Source: Tubiluchus corallicola
Lineage: Eukaryota; Animalia; Priapulida
Assembly (NCBI GenBank): GCA_030141605.1
Contig: JAQGDQ010000008.1
Span: 1,426,001-1,490,000, forward strand
DNA length: 64,000 bases
Reading direction: 5' to 3'
Both the position numbers and the translations under genes were made by a program. This document shows positions 40,601-52,700 of the stretch, one piece after another. Numbering within the stretch: the stretch's first letter is position 1; every line of letters starts with the position of its first letter. The notes below the pieces were generated by a model. The model saw nothing but the letters and a program-made list of their open reading frames with translations. It ran no database searches and was not told where the DNA came from.

Positions 40601-42412
40601 AAGATGTGCCGGCTGCGTGGCAACGCAACCAATGTGTAGTTATTAGAATAGTTCAAAACATCACTAATAAGACGTTTTCTAGCAAATTTATAAGCTGAAA
40701 GACATATTTTCATATATTAATCGTCATGTACTTAAATACCTTGTAAATAATAAGTGCACGCTCCTACTATTTAGGAATCCCTTCCTTTCTCTTTCTTTTT
40801 GTCTTTCCGGTTCCTGTTTTGTCTTGTCCTGCTCGATTTCTTATCCTCCTATTTTTATTATCTTTCCCTCCTTGTGGCTTTTTATTTTTTATATACTTTT
40901 TTGAATTTTATTGCTAATGAATCGTAATTATTTTAATAGTACAATTAGAATTTTGAATCTATATAACAATTTATTGTTAGAAATTGCTATTGACAAAAAT
41001 CCTAATCATCTAAATTCTCATTTTAATTTTACTTAATTTATAGAAACTGTTATAGTATCATGCTAGTTTACTGAAGCATATAGAATAATGTGCGAAACAT
41101 TGTCCATGATTTTAAATAAATTTGGAACTTATACATGCTAGTTTTTTTATTTAATGCTTATTACAGTAAAGTTAATTTATCTGTGGTTGGTGACGCAATA
41201 TCATTGTGAGTACTGCATGCAATGAAAGAAAAAACATATACAGGCGTATGGAATCCATATTTACAAAATTATTCGTAGGCTAGTGAGCTGCAAGCAACTT
41301 TATAACTTTCTTAACAATGCTGGGCACATGTTTTTTTTACAAATGCAGATAATGACATCGAATTTCAGTATATTTTTAGATTAATTACTATAATAAGGTT
41401 TGTTTCGCCGTGATGCGGTTCTAGTTCTCGTTGAGCATGTAATAAGTTTTTATGAGTTTTTATGATTGTGACGTCACAATGACAACGGACATATCTGACA
41501 AAAAAAGGCAGTCTGACAAAAAAACTCAACCCTATATCTCGCATAACGGATTAATTTAAAAGCTTTTATTCTATAGTTGAAATTAGTTTTTGAAATGTTG
41601 TACACAACGGCAACTTTGAAAAGAGATTCAAAGAATTTCGACCAATAGATAATTCCAAATTGTTGAGAAAACGCGTGACATCAGGTTAAAAGTCTTTAGG
41701 TTAATTAAACTAGATTAAGTATGCAATAATAAGTGGATGACTTAAAAAGACTAAACGAAAACAAATCTTTATCCCAATTATAACAGGTTTTGTATATTTA
41801 AGGCGCAAATTATGTTAACGTGTTCGTTTTCTTTGCATTTAACCCACAATAAATAAAGAAGTTATCATCATCTATGCAAGTTATTTTTTCGCAATTCCCG
41901 AACTGTACTCGAACACTAGACCAGTTGTCCTGTTATTGTAGGAATTCACTACCGGGCGTTGTATTTACGAAAAACAGAAGGTCAGAATACATGCGGTTAA
42001 TACAATAAATCATTGATGCACTCAGCTTTCCGGGCTCTATGTACCACTACGCCTAAGATAAAACAGCGAAGATAATTGTTCGAGTAATCCCGTAGAATAA
42101 GCAGCAAGTATAAAAGCGTTCACCAAAGTTAAACAACCATTTTGCAGTGTACAATTGAAAGTCTGTTTACAGTGAGAGCGTTAGTAATTCGAATGACGCC
42201 ATTGGTAAAGAAATAACCCGCGATTGTGTCATCATTCAATTGGACATTTTCTAATTAGGTATGATGTTGTGATTTTATGGTTTTTAAAAGGTTTGACATC
42301 ATGTGTCTTGTGATGTGCGAACAAAGTTCTAAGATATTTTTCTGTAAGCTTATCGCTAGTTTCAAGGGAGGTTTTCCCAGTGCTTCATTGTCACAGCGCG
42401 TGTTGAGACTAA

Positions 42413-42566
42413 CGGCGCGTTCAGACTAGTTAACTCGTCAAGTAACTCGCAAGTGTGTTCAAATAGTATCGGAAGGATTGCAATTTCTTGCCGACAGTAA
42501 TTCGCAAAGCAGTTCACATTTGCGAATTTGCTGTCAGAGAGAAAACTCGCTAGTCTGAATGCGCCG
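42413..42566. mobile_element. PIF/Harbinger-type MITE (154 bp)
   Basis: TAA|CGGCGCGTTCAGACTAG ... CTAGTCTGAATGCGCCG|TTA: 17-bp TIR with one mismatch, TWA flanks. Confidence 0.6.
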
Positions 42567-43276
42567 TTAGACATCTTTCACACACTGCGTTTTTACTCTC
42601 TTGTACAGGGTGTTACAAAAAGAACAGTCCGCAAATAATTTTAATCATACCAATATTACACCATAGAAAATCTGTGTGGTTTATACCAAGTTATAATATA
42701 TGGTAGGTAAATTGGCATAATTATAACGTCATAGTATAACGTTGCCTTTCATGCTATAATGTTGAAATCAATGTTCATTTTGTCATATTTGCCATACTTC
42801 TAAAGCATGGTTTTAAAACTTTTAAAAAGTTGCTGATAACAAAAGTGCGTCTGTTACACCGTGTTTTTATAACTTTTTTGTGTGGAGCTTTAACTTTTTT
42901 ATCGTCTTCTTCTCCATCTTCTGGCTTTTCCAGTGCATTTCATTCTCAACCAAGAAATGTTTTCAGCTTGACATTCAATTTGTATAGTTCTTTTCTATTC
43001 TGTAAGTCTTATCCTCAAGTAATCGTTTGTCCTGGAAGGAATAAATATAAAAGTCATGAATGATATTAGTGAAGCTGAGAACGAAGCCGAAGAAGTAATC
43101 TTCTTATTGTGCGGTACATCAGTTGGCTAATATAAAATATAATGGCTAGCAATTATAATAAAAAATTGTTTTAATTATTTATAAGCTTAAAATCAAGAGA
43201 TAATTATTAATGATGGTACAAATACAAAGTTAATCTAATTTTCAATTCAAACTTTGAAGCACAGGAAATGTGAAAA

Positions 43277-43334
43277 AAATTGGAACACCGCCTGGATTTG
43301 AATTAGGGACTTTCTGCTTACGAGGTAGACGCCG
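43277..43334 (-). pseudogene. tRNA-like fragment (3' half)
   Basis: Minus GGCGTCTACCTCGTAAGCAGAAAGTCCCTAATTCAAATCCAGGCGGTG then T run; anticodon-arm and T-loop-like but no 5' half. Confidence 0.35.
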
Positions 43335-46300
43335 GTTTATCAAAGTTTAGTTTCAAAGTTAAATTATTTGAGAGCTTGTACTATCAAAAATGATTCTATT
43401 TTAAAATAACACCGCAATGAAGCCAGCAAAACCTTGTATTAAATACAGTAAGCTATAAGTTTTCTTCTGAATGTGGAAACTGGAAATGTGGCAATATGAG
43501 TACATGTTTATAGAAATAAGATTCTCATAACTAATTTGATAGGAGGTGCTAATTTGATAAATCCTTTTGAAGGCTTCTTAAAACGTGTGCGGTTATAGTT
43601 AACGGGAAACGATTACTTTGTAAAAAATTCAACAGATAAGAGGTTCGATGGATTAAACCGAATTTATAAGCAACTGTTCCGCATTGAGACATAACAGGGT
43701 AAAAATATGAGAAGCTGTAACAAACGGATACGAGGCCGTCCGACCAAACTGTCGACATTTAGGAATTAATGACTGAGAGATCTTGAGAACGTCTTTAATT
43801 CAAGGAGCTGTAAAAATGCCTAATATGGTAATAAAGTTTAGACGGACGCTGATTCTAACTTCTGCGCATTTTTTACTTCTGTTCCATGTCACTGTCCTGT
43901 TTTCGTACTATTTCAAACAAGTAATTTACTTATGTATGCACACCAATATGTGTCTATAGTCGAAATTCGCCGGCTGCAATCTTTTGTTGATTCGAGATCG
44001 CGTGCTCGTTCTGTTCTACATAACAATAACGATGTAGTTATGAGGTTACTAATTCTGAAAATATATCCGTTAAAACCTAGATACAAAAGAGATGTGTTAC
44101 TTTTGCACCTTATTGTGTCGGATACCTACTTTAGTACGTGCAGCCTGTAGGATGTGTGCTTCCTATATAGAAACTTCTAAATAAATTAACCGCAATTATA
44201 AAAATTGCTGACCATGCAGTTGTTGAACAAATTAGAATTTTTTATCCTCGAGAGAAAGAAAGAAAAAGGAATGTAAGAGAAGGAAAAATCTTGTGGTTTT
44301 ATAAGCCTTAGCCCGGTGCGTGGCTCTTCTTCGAGTAAAAGGAGACTATTGATCATTTTGTCTACTTAAACTTTAAGGCTTGAAATTATAAATGCCATGC
44401 ACAGATGTGTAGGTGCCAAATATATAGAAAAGTGCTGAAAATTAAAAATACTGACTTAGTAATCAGTCAAAGTATAGTTTACAAGAGAAAAGATGTATGA
44501 GCGTTTAGAGGCTAACAAGGCTCAAACTTACGAAAGTTATCTAGAGTGCTGAATGCAATTAATTAACATTTTGGACTTCCCTTCTTCAGTAACAGATTAT
44601 AACTGTAAATCAATTCATAACACTTTTTGAGGCACATATGTTTATATTTTGTCAGTTGGTATCTCCCATTACTATGACATCAGCTTATAACATTTCGGAA
44701 CTGCAAGCGAATCATTTAGTCGCTCTGTTGAATTTGATCTAGACTTTTTATCGCACGTCAAAAGTGCCAATTTTGATATTATATATCCATCGATCGTTTT
44801 GCAGATAATCCGTGGGCAAATAATGAATTTTGTTCCAGCTGGACATCTAAACAACTTAAAAATTTTCAACTGTTTTTCCTTGTTTGCTAGATTTGCGATC
44901 TGTGTAGCTCACAGTGCGTGTACTTACTGTGGTATTTTGGAAATCAATAAACAAAACTAAATTAAACTCGTACAGGTTTCACCTGCTAAGCAATTCTAAA
45001 GCATAACAATGCATGCTCTTATTAAAGATTATTATGTTTATTATATATTATGTTTTAATTATTCACTTTCTAGATAAACTGCAAGTGGACATTGACCCAG
45101 ACTTTTGTCTTCTTTACAAGGTATTGTTTAGTTTTGATTTCTCTTTTCCTATTCCTTTTGAGTTGTTATTTGTTAGGAGGTAGACTGATGTTTCTGAGCA
45201 TCATACTCACACTGACCTTCTCAGTTGCTCAAACCGCTAACAATTAGTACAAATTATCTTTACCTAAGGCTTAGATAAAAACTTTTGGATGTGTATGCCT
45301 TTAAAAGTCAGAGATCATATTGAGCATTTTAAAGAACTGCTTCATGTGTCGCTCAAACTTGTGTCAACTTTTGTCTGAACTACAGTTCTGAGTAGTTTTG
45401 CAAGAAACATTAGTTAATATCATCGTGTATGAACGGTACTATAATTGCAGTTAAACTAATAATCAAAGTGATTAATTATTCATTAGTGGATTCACTTCGT
45501 TTACTTGCTCACCAATGCATTTATTCAATTTTTTTTCTTGTTTGCATTTATTCATTCACCCTCTCATTCGCTCTCGCTCTTACACTCTAACGTATTAGCC
45601 GTGCAACAAAAAACTCGAAAAATTTGGTTCAGTAGTTTTAGTAATTCTTTTTGACCTTTTCTCTTTTTTGTCCTTTTTCGTTCACCTGAAGAAGAACTAT
45701 AGTGGTAGTTAGTCCTAGTTTTTTAATTTTGGGATTTTTTATTCATATTCACTTTGGGGTTTTAAAGAAGTATTTGTATGTCACTTGAAGACGTAATCGC
45801 TGTGCTTTATTACGTAGCAGTCTAAAAATGTAAAAAATAAATAAATAACCTACACGCTATTGCACTTGTTTAAGTAGTTAATTAAGTTGTTTGTTTCCTT
45901 TTGTTTATTTGTTTGTTTCTTCTTAGTTAGTTAGTCAATTAATTAACTTGGTGTGCTAGTTAATTTATTTAGTAACATTACGAACACTAACTTAATTTAG
46001 TTAAAACTGAATACTGTTTAATGTTTGTATAAACTTATTACAGTTAGGTGAATGGTACTTTGATTTTGTTTCAATGCTTCAGTCATTGCCCAAGTGCATC
46101 GTAAACAATCATACATTTTGCACGCGCGTTGAAGCGACTTACTACGTCTGGCTTGAATCATAATGTTGTCCATTGAGCCAAGTAATTTGCCAATTACAAG
46201 GCACTTTTCATTTTCGCTCCATCATCTATGTACCACCGGGTCGTCATAGTCCAATTATTGAACAAACACACTACATCCAGGAAATTGAAATTTCACCCAA

Positions 46301-46442
46301 TAAGAAACTGTTACACGGCGGTGGTGGTCGAGATAAACCAGGTAACGCTGTTAGGCGAGGGGGTGTTTGCACAGATCTCAATTAAAACAAAAACATGTCG
46401 AGTGGGTGAATGGTTTGACAGGACCGACCCGGAACCGCATTC

Positions 46443-46479
46443 TCAGTTTCAAAAGAACCAATTAATGTTCATGGGATAG
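46443..46479 (+). promoter_or_regulatory. Candidate TSS and short non-coding first exon of the ZP gene
   Basis: Inr-like TCAGTT at 46443-46448 downstream of a GC-enriched stretch, then donor TAG|gtatgc at 46479/80 that could splice to the acceptor at 46745. Confidence 0.4.
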
Positions 46480-46762
46480 GTATGCGATATTCTGCACTGC
46501 TCCTGATGCAAGGCAGGTTTCACGCGTCACACGAAAAGAAATATCTATAGCAGTGTTCAGTGCGCAGTTTTTTTTATAAAGAATTGATGGCTATTATAAC
46601 TTCTATTGAGATTTTTACATATAGTTTTTGACATTAATGTGTGTCATATATTCATTATTCAGTTATGCTTTAAATTTTTATAATGTTTATGCTTTGATGC
46701 TTTTGTTTATAATGCCAAGTGTAGTGCGAATTTCTTCTATTGCAGGTGCATCTGATTGGAGA

Positions 46763-46798
46763 ATGAAAACACCTGTAACGGTTGCTATACTTGTTGTC
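46763..46798 (+). CDS. ZP gene first coding exon (signal peptide)
   Basis: Acceptor tgcag| at 46745, ATG 46763, MKTPVTVAILVV, GTC|gtaagt. Confidence 0.75.
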
Positions 46799-49700
46799 GT
46801 AAGTTCAGATTTGTGTAACTATAATTCCGTTAATTCATTCTTTTAAGTATTACATAGAAAATTAAAGTTTATTTGTTGTTGTTTTTTCGTGCCTTCGAGC
46901 CTTTTGCACAAAATCATTGCAATTGTGCATGTTATACGAGCAACGATCTTACTTAAAATGACATATCGAGTACTGAAAATTTTTTAGCGATTAACTTTGC
47001 AGAGGTTAGATTCGCAATATAGTCAGAACACTCAGAATTATTTACAAAAATACGAAAACAAATGCTGCGCAAGTGTCTAGCCGATAAATCATGCCACAAA
47101 ATTATTTTTTGTGTTTTTAGTAACTAAGACAAAAATTTTGATACATTTTGCAGCTCAATGTTAACATGTACAGAAGTGAAACAAATTTCATTAGATTCAT
47201 TCTAAGCTTTTAATAAATAATTTAAATTATTTAATGAGTCAAGAAGTCGAGTTAATGGGATTGAGGAAACAGAATTATTTTGCTTAAAAACCATCGTGTT
47301 TTTCTCAAAAAAGAAAAAGATTTTCACGAGAAATGTGACTATGTTCTGTTTTGACTACATAAGTAGTTGAGTCAGTTGAATAACGTGTTTTTATCCATTT
47401 TCCTTTTAGCTTGTATCATGTACTGTGGCGGAACAAGAAATTGATCAAGGAGTTAAGGGAGTTGACCCAGCACTCGATGACACTGAAAACACTGAAAAAG
47501 CACAGAACGATGAATCTAAAGCAGTTAATTCACAAGATGCTGGCAGAACTGGACAATATCAACTGCACGAACCACCTGATTACGACTACAATCCTTACCA
47601 ACAGCAAGGTAACTATTGAAAAACAATAACAGCACACCCAGGTAGCACAACGTATTGTCACTATATGATTACAGTCTTGTCAGGGACTTGGCAAACAATG
47701 TTTTCAAAAAAATATTTTCGCCATTTTGGTTCAATGTGGTATATTTTTGTTCAACATTGGTTCCATCTTGGTACAAATATTGTACGACAATATTTTATAA
47801 CCATGTTCAGACGAGATTGTATATATTTATTACCCACATGGGTACAACATTGGACCAACATTGTCATTTAATATTGGAAACACGTATCTTGCACATATTG
47901 ATCAAAAACATTATACAGTGTGGTAGCAATTTTGTTCTGCCGCCGAATTCTCGTCGCCAGGGTAACTACAATAACACCGCAAATTAACCATTTTAAATAT
48001 AACCTTTCTACAAAGTACAAGGAACAGAATCAATAGCAGTAATATGCGAGAAACAACATTGTATGTAAAATTGTATTTTATAAAATAGGTACAATATTGT
48101 CTCTTGCATATTACCATGATTGTTTCTATTGCTTAACCTGTTTATAGCACAGATTTTGCCACAGTAGTGTAAATAAATCATAATCTATATAGGATAATAT
48201 TAGCACAATGACAGTAAGACAGATAATATAGTAACGAACAGTATTGATGTTTAGGTGCAGTACCAGTTCAGGATCCATCATACGACAGTCGTCAAGGTGG
48301 ATACGATCCATATAACGGACCACAAGGTGCCAAAGAAAAATATGGACCGGTAATAGGAGGAAGCAATCCAACAGTAAGGAACCAATCTATGTTGTTAATT
48401 AACATAGCTTATTTCAAGCTAAAATAATATACGACTAGATTCAGCGTACCAGACATGTACTTTAAATGGTTTGTTGGTTTCCCAATATATTTTGAAAAAC
48501 ACGGGAGGATTTTTTGAACACACGAAATTTGTTAAATTCTTCTCAGGGTAACACAGCAAACTTCATTTCAGTTTGGTTACTCCCTTGCGAAGTGTTCCAT
48601 AAAGAGGTCTGTTTCGCTGTGATGTTATTTCTAACTGCGTTGATAGCTGAATACCTAGAGTCATTTAAGTTGTTGTTTTGCCCACTTTGCGCGATCTATA
48701 TCCCGTGAAATCTACTCGTAATTTAGCCCCCAAATACACCTAAGCGACTGGAACATTGTTACATTATAAAACACGTAAAGCTCACAAACTGTATAACCTG
48801 TTTGTTTAAATACGGAAATCTGCCAACGTTAAATCTGGTCCTACATCAACTAGCATGGCAGTAATAACGATTGCTTTTGTATTAAATGATATGCCTGTGG
48901 TTAAAACTATAATCATTATTTGCCGGATAATCATTATACTCACTTATCAGTGGTTAATGCTTTCACTTATCTACCTAATAACAAATCTCAATACAGGCCT
49001 TTGTAATGTAAAGTGTTACTGTGAACTGTTCTGGTATTACAAGTGTTTCAGTGTGGTGCAATTGCGCGTGCGGTATGGATGTCAAGTAAACATGACTGCT
49101 CTATTAGCTGGCGAAGTCAAACATAAATTATATTGCTCCTCTAGTGACATTGTGACATGGAAACAGATAAGAAAACAATAATTTCACAGAAATTTATTTA
49201 AAGTCTTAGTAACGTTTTTGCTTTTGTTAGTGCTTGATTTGATTTGAGCAATTTTATTAATTTATAATTATTCCTCTTACAATAAATCAAATAAACTTAA
49301 TTTAATAATTATGGTAAAATGGGCCAATGTCTCACGCTGACTAATGTCGGACAGCTCGTTTCAGGCTTTACCAAAAATAAAATAGTATAGACGCTGTTTT
49401 CACTCTCCTTAATTAGGAAATGGATAACGAGATAATGGATACTTGTCATCCCTATTCTTATCTTTTCGAAATGGAGGTTGTGAACCCGTCGGGAGTATAT
49501 CTAAGTCAGTAATAACGTCACTGACCCACGACTCAGTCATAGTTATCAAATTGCAGTTATGGAATAAAGATAAAGTTAATATATTTCAGATAACTTGGGT
49601 TCTACGGTAACACTATTCACATTCAAACGAACAAAATTTTTACGGATTACTGGACTCTTTATGGGGCCAGGACCAGGATTTTTATGTACATCACCTCACA

Positions 49701-52700
49701 ATCACATCACATCAAATCACATCAATCACATCAAAAATAGATCTTAGACTCTCTTTGAAATCATTTGTATAGTAATGACACGTTATAGAACAACCCTATC
49801 GCCAGTCTGTGCAACGCTGCGGAGTTGACCATATAAATGGTAAGATATAAAGAGAGAGAAAGAGAGGAAACACGTTAAACGACATTAGCCAGTGTACAAC
49901 ATTAGCCCTCTTTACCCGATGTCTCCTTAATTCGTGTTTTAGTTCGCTACCAGTTTCTTTTCTTTTGAACCTTAATTAAGACAATAGAGACGTGTGTAAG
50001 TTCTTTTTCAAGTTAAATAGTTCCATTATGCAGCACATACATTTTTAAATAATACATTCAACGTTAACGTGTTTGCTGTAGTACATATTTATCACTAATT
50101 CTGCCTCTAATCCATCTAACTTTTTATACAGGGATCATATAGGGTATATGAGCAACCCACATCTCCAAGTGGTTCATATGAAACCGATCCACCACATTAT
50201 ATTGATCCATACGCGTCCACTGCGCAATCCCAGTATGGCCAGACCACTCAAACTAAAGGACTCAATGTAGCCTACCTCAAAAAGACGAATCAGGATCCCG
50301 TCGACCAGCCACCAGGTGCCGAAGCCAGCAACAAACAGAACTACGGGGGATATCCGGACTACGAACGCTATCCAGATTACGACAGAGGTGGTTATCGGGA
50401 TTACGAGCAGAGAGATTACGAGCAAGCACCAGATTATAGAGGTGGTGGCAACTATGACCAATATCCAGATTACAGAGGAGGTGGAGGAGGTGGAGGAGGA
50501 GGAGGAGGGTATGAGCCATTACCTGACTACAGGCCAGACGACCGAGCCCGAGAATATGAGACAGATTATAGGGGTGAAGAAGATGGATATGATCCATACG
50601 CATCTAATGGGTATAGCAGTGGACCAAATAGTGCTGTTGTCTATGGTGACGAAGCTAGTAATAATATCCAAGGTAATCACGGCTCGCTAACACACACCCC
50701 ACCCCACCCCACCCTATTTATGAATCTTTGGTAACAAAATATAGCGAAGAATACTTTATAATTAAAGTCGTTTCATAGCAGCATTTTTGTTTGGAACATT
50801 TATAATATCAACATTTAATACCAGCCAAGCTTTTGTCTGAAATGTCCTCCAGTCTAGTCACGCTGACTTAGATTAATGAAAGAACAAATTGCACAAAGTG
50901 CACCAATCATGAGCATTAAACGCAAGAAATTAATATGATATAACTGATGTTCAATAATAGGCCTCATTTAATATTTAATCAAGTGAACCTTTGATGCCTT
51001 ATAACTGCTTCAAAATGCCTGAAAATACTTATCAGTAGTTATTTCTCTATAATTGCCATGAACTTTTAACTCTTTAAAATTGTCTTCCGTGTTTTTTCTA
51101 ATCGTCAGATTTTAACATACAATGAATGGTTTATCTGACTAATGCGGCATACAAACGATAATGCATTTCAAACCAATCCTTAGCGTTTAAAAACTACTGA
51201 ATTTAATGGTAATTCAAAGAAAGGTTAGTTTAGTGAAATATCAGCAACTTTTTGTGAGCTAGACAATTAACCGATGAGAAGACCACTGCTGAGCAGACCC
51301 GAGTTTACCTGATATACAGAACAGTGAAGCGGCAAATTCTGATAAATTCCAGTATCCACTTTGCCTTAACCTAATGTAGTTATTTTAGCACAGTAATGCA
51401 GTTTATTTGGTAATTATTTTGTTTTCTTAATTTTTTAATTCTTAAGTTAATGCAGTAAAATATTTATATCAAATTAGAATTACCTATTAATTTTTCGCTG
51501 CAATGTTCTATCCCCCTACTCGTTACTGTTACATCAACTAGCGGTTCACTGTATTCCGGATTTTTAGCATTGGCAGCATCTTATGAATTATTTTTGTCCA
51601 TAACTCACTACCAGTGCACAACTTCGAAGCTAAAAAGAATTTGTCAATTCTTTTGTCAAAGAATAATCAACAAGCACATTTACGTCTGTTTCAAACGATT
51701 TAATATTGTCGGTTCCTGTTTAAGTAGGCAGAGAAATATTAATACGGTGATGCCTTATAAAGTAAAAGCTGCATCTAATCGAAAATATAAAGCTCGTGCT
51801 TTAATTATGGGTAGTAAAGTATAGAATATAAAATATAAATTTTAGTATTTTTCTTATTTTTTCACGCTACATTAGAGGTCGATATGTCTTCATCTCTCTC
51901 TCTCTCTCTCCCTCTCCCCCCCCCTCTCTCTCTCTCTCTCTCTCCTTTCTACACGTATGGAAACTAATAGGACATATAGTTACTACAACTGTCAGTTAAT
52001 GTTATTTACATTATTCATTACAAAAGTTACCTAAACACGAATTGACTAGAACATTCTCGTAAAATAGCTTCTGCACTTATTGTATAAAGAAATCAATTTA
52101 ATTATTTCAGCGGTTGAAACCATCTGTGATAGTCGCTTCTATAACAAGATGGTGGTTAATATAAAGTTTACTGGCGGCTTTAGCGGTCGAATCTATCCCA
52201 AAGGATACTTCAATGTTAGACAGTGTTCATCTTATGGCGATGGTAGTTACTTGGCAACTGTGGAACTGCCATTAGATGGTTGTGGCACTCAAGAATACGG
52301 AGTAAGTATTGTAGTATTTATAACCAACTATATGGGTCATTAAAGTAGATTTTTTTAAATAAAATACAACATTTTGATCTTGAATCGAACTTAGAATGTA
52401 TTTCTGTAAATGACTGCACCGTGGCAGTTTTAACGTTACAAAAGCATTCTTCACGTTCCGCCTAAATAATAGACTTTGTAAACGTGAAGATACAATACCA
52501 AGGTCTCTATTGCTACAACTACTACTAAGTCTTTGCAGTAATGCTACATGACGAAAACGTGAATGGCAACGCAGAATTTTGCTTTCCTCAAACATCGTTG
52601 TACAAACTGTATAACTGTGGCAAAATTCTTAATCAAGGAAAAGAATTAATGGAAGGTGAATCATTTTAAGACAACGTCACAGTCGAAAAAAATCCACAGT

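Noticed and set aside
42604-42865. TACAGGGTGTTACAAAAA mariner-like left TIR
   Set aside because: Right TIR too degenerate to delimit an element
47635-47965. CCCAGGTAGCACAA start with internal CAACATTG-type repeats, MITE-like
   Set aside because: Matching right terminus is not convincing
50174-50690. Three ORF-track proteins over ZP exon 4
   Set aside because: Wrong frame or antisense; the splice-compatible frame is the Tyr/Asp/Gly-rich one
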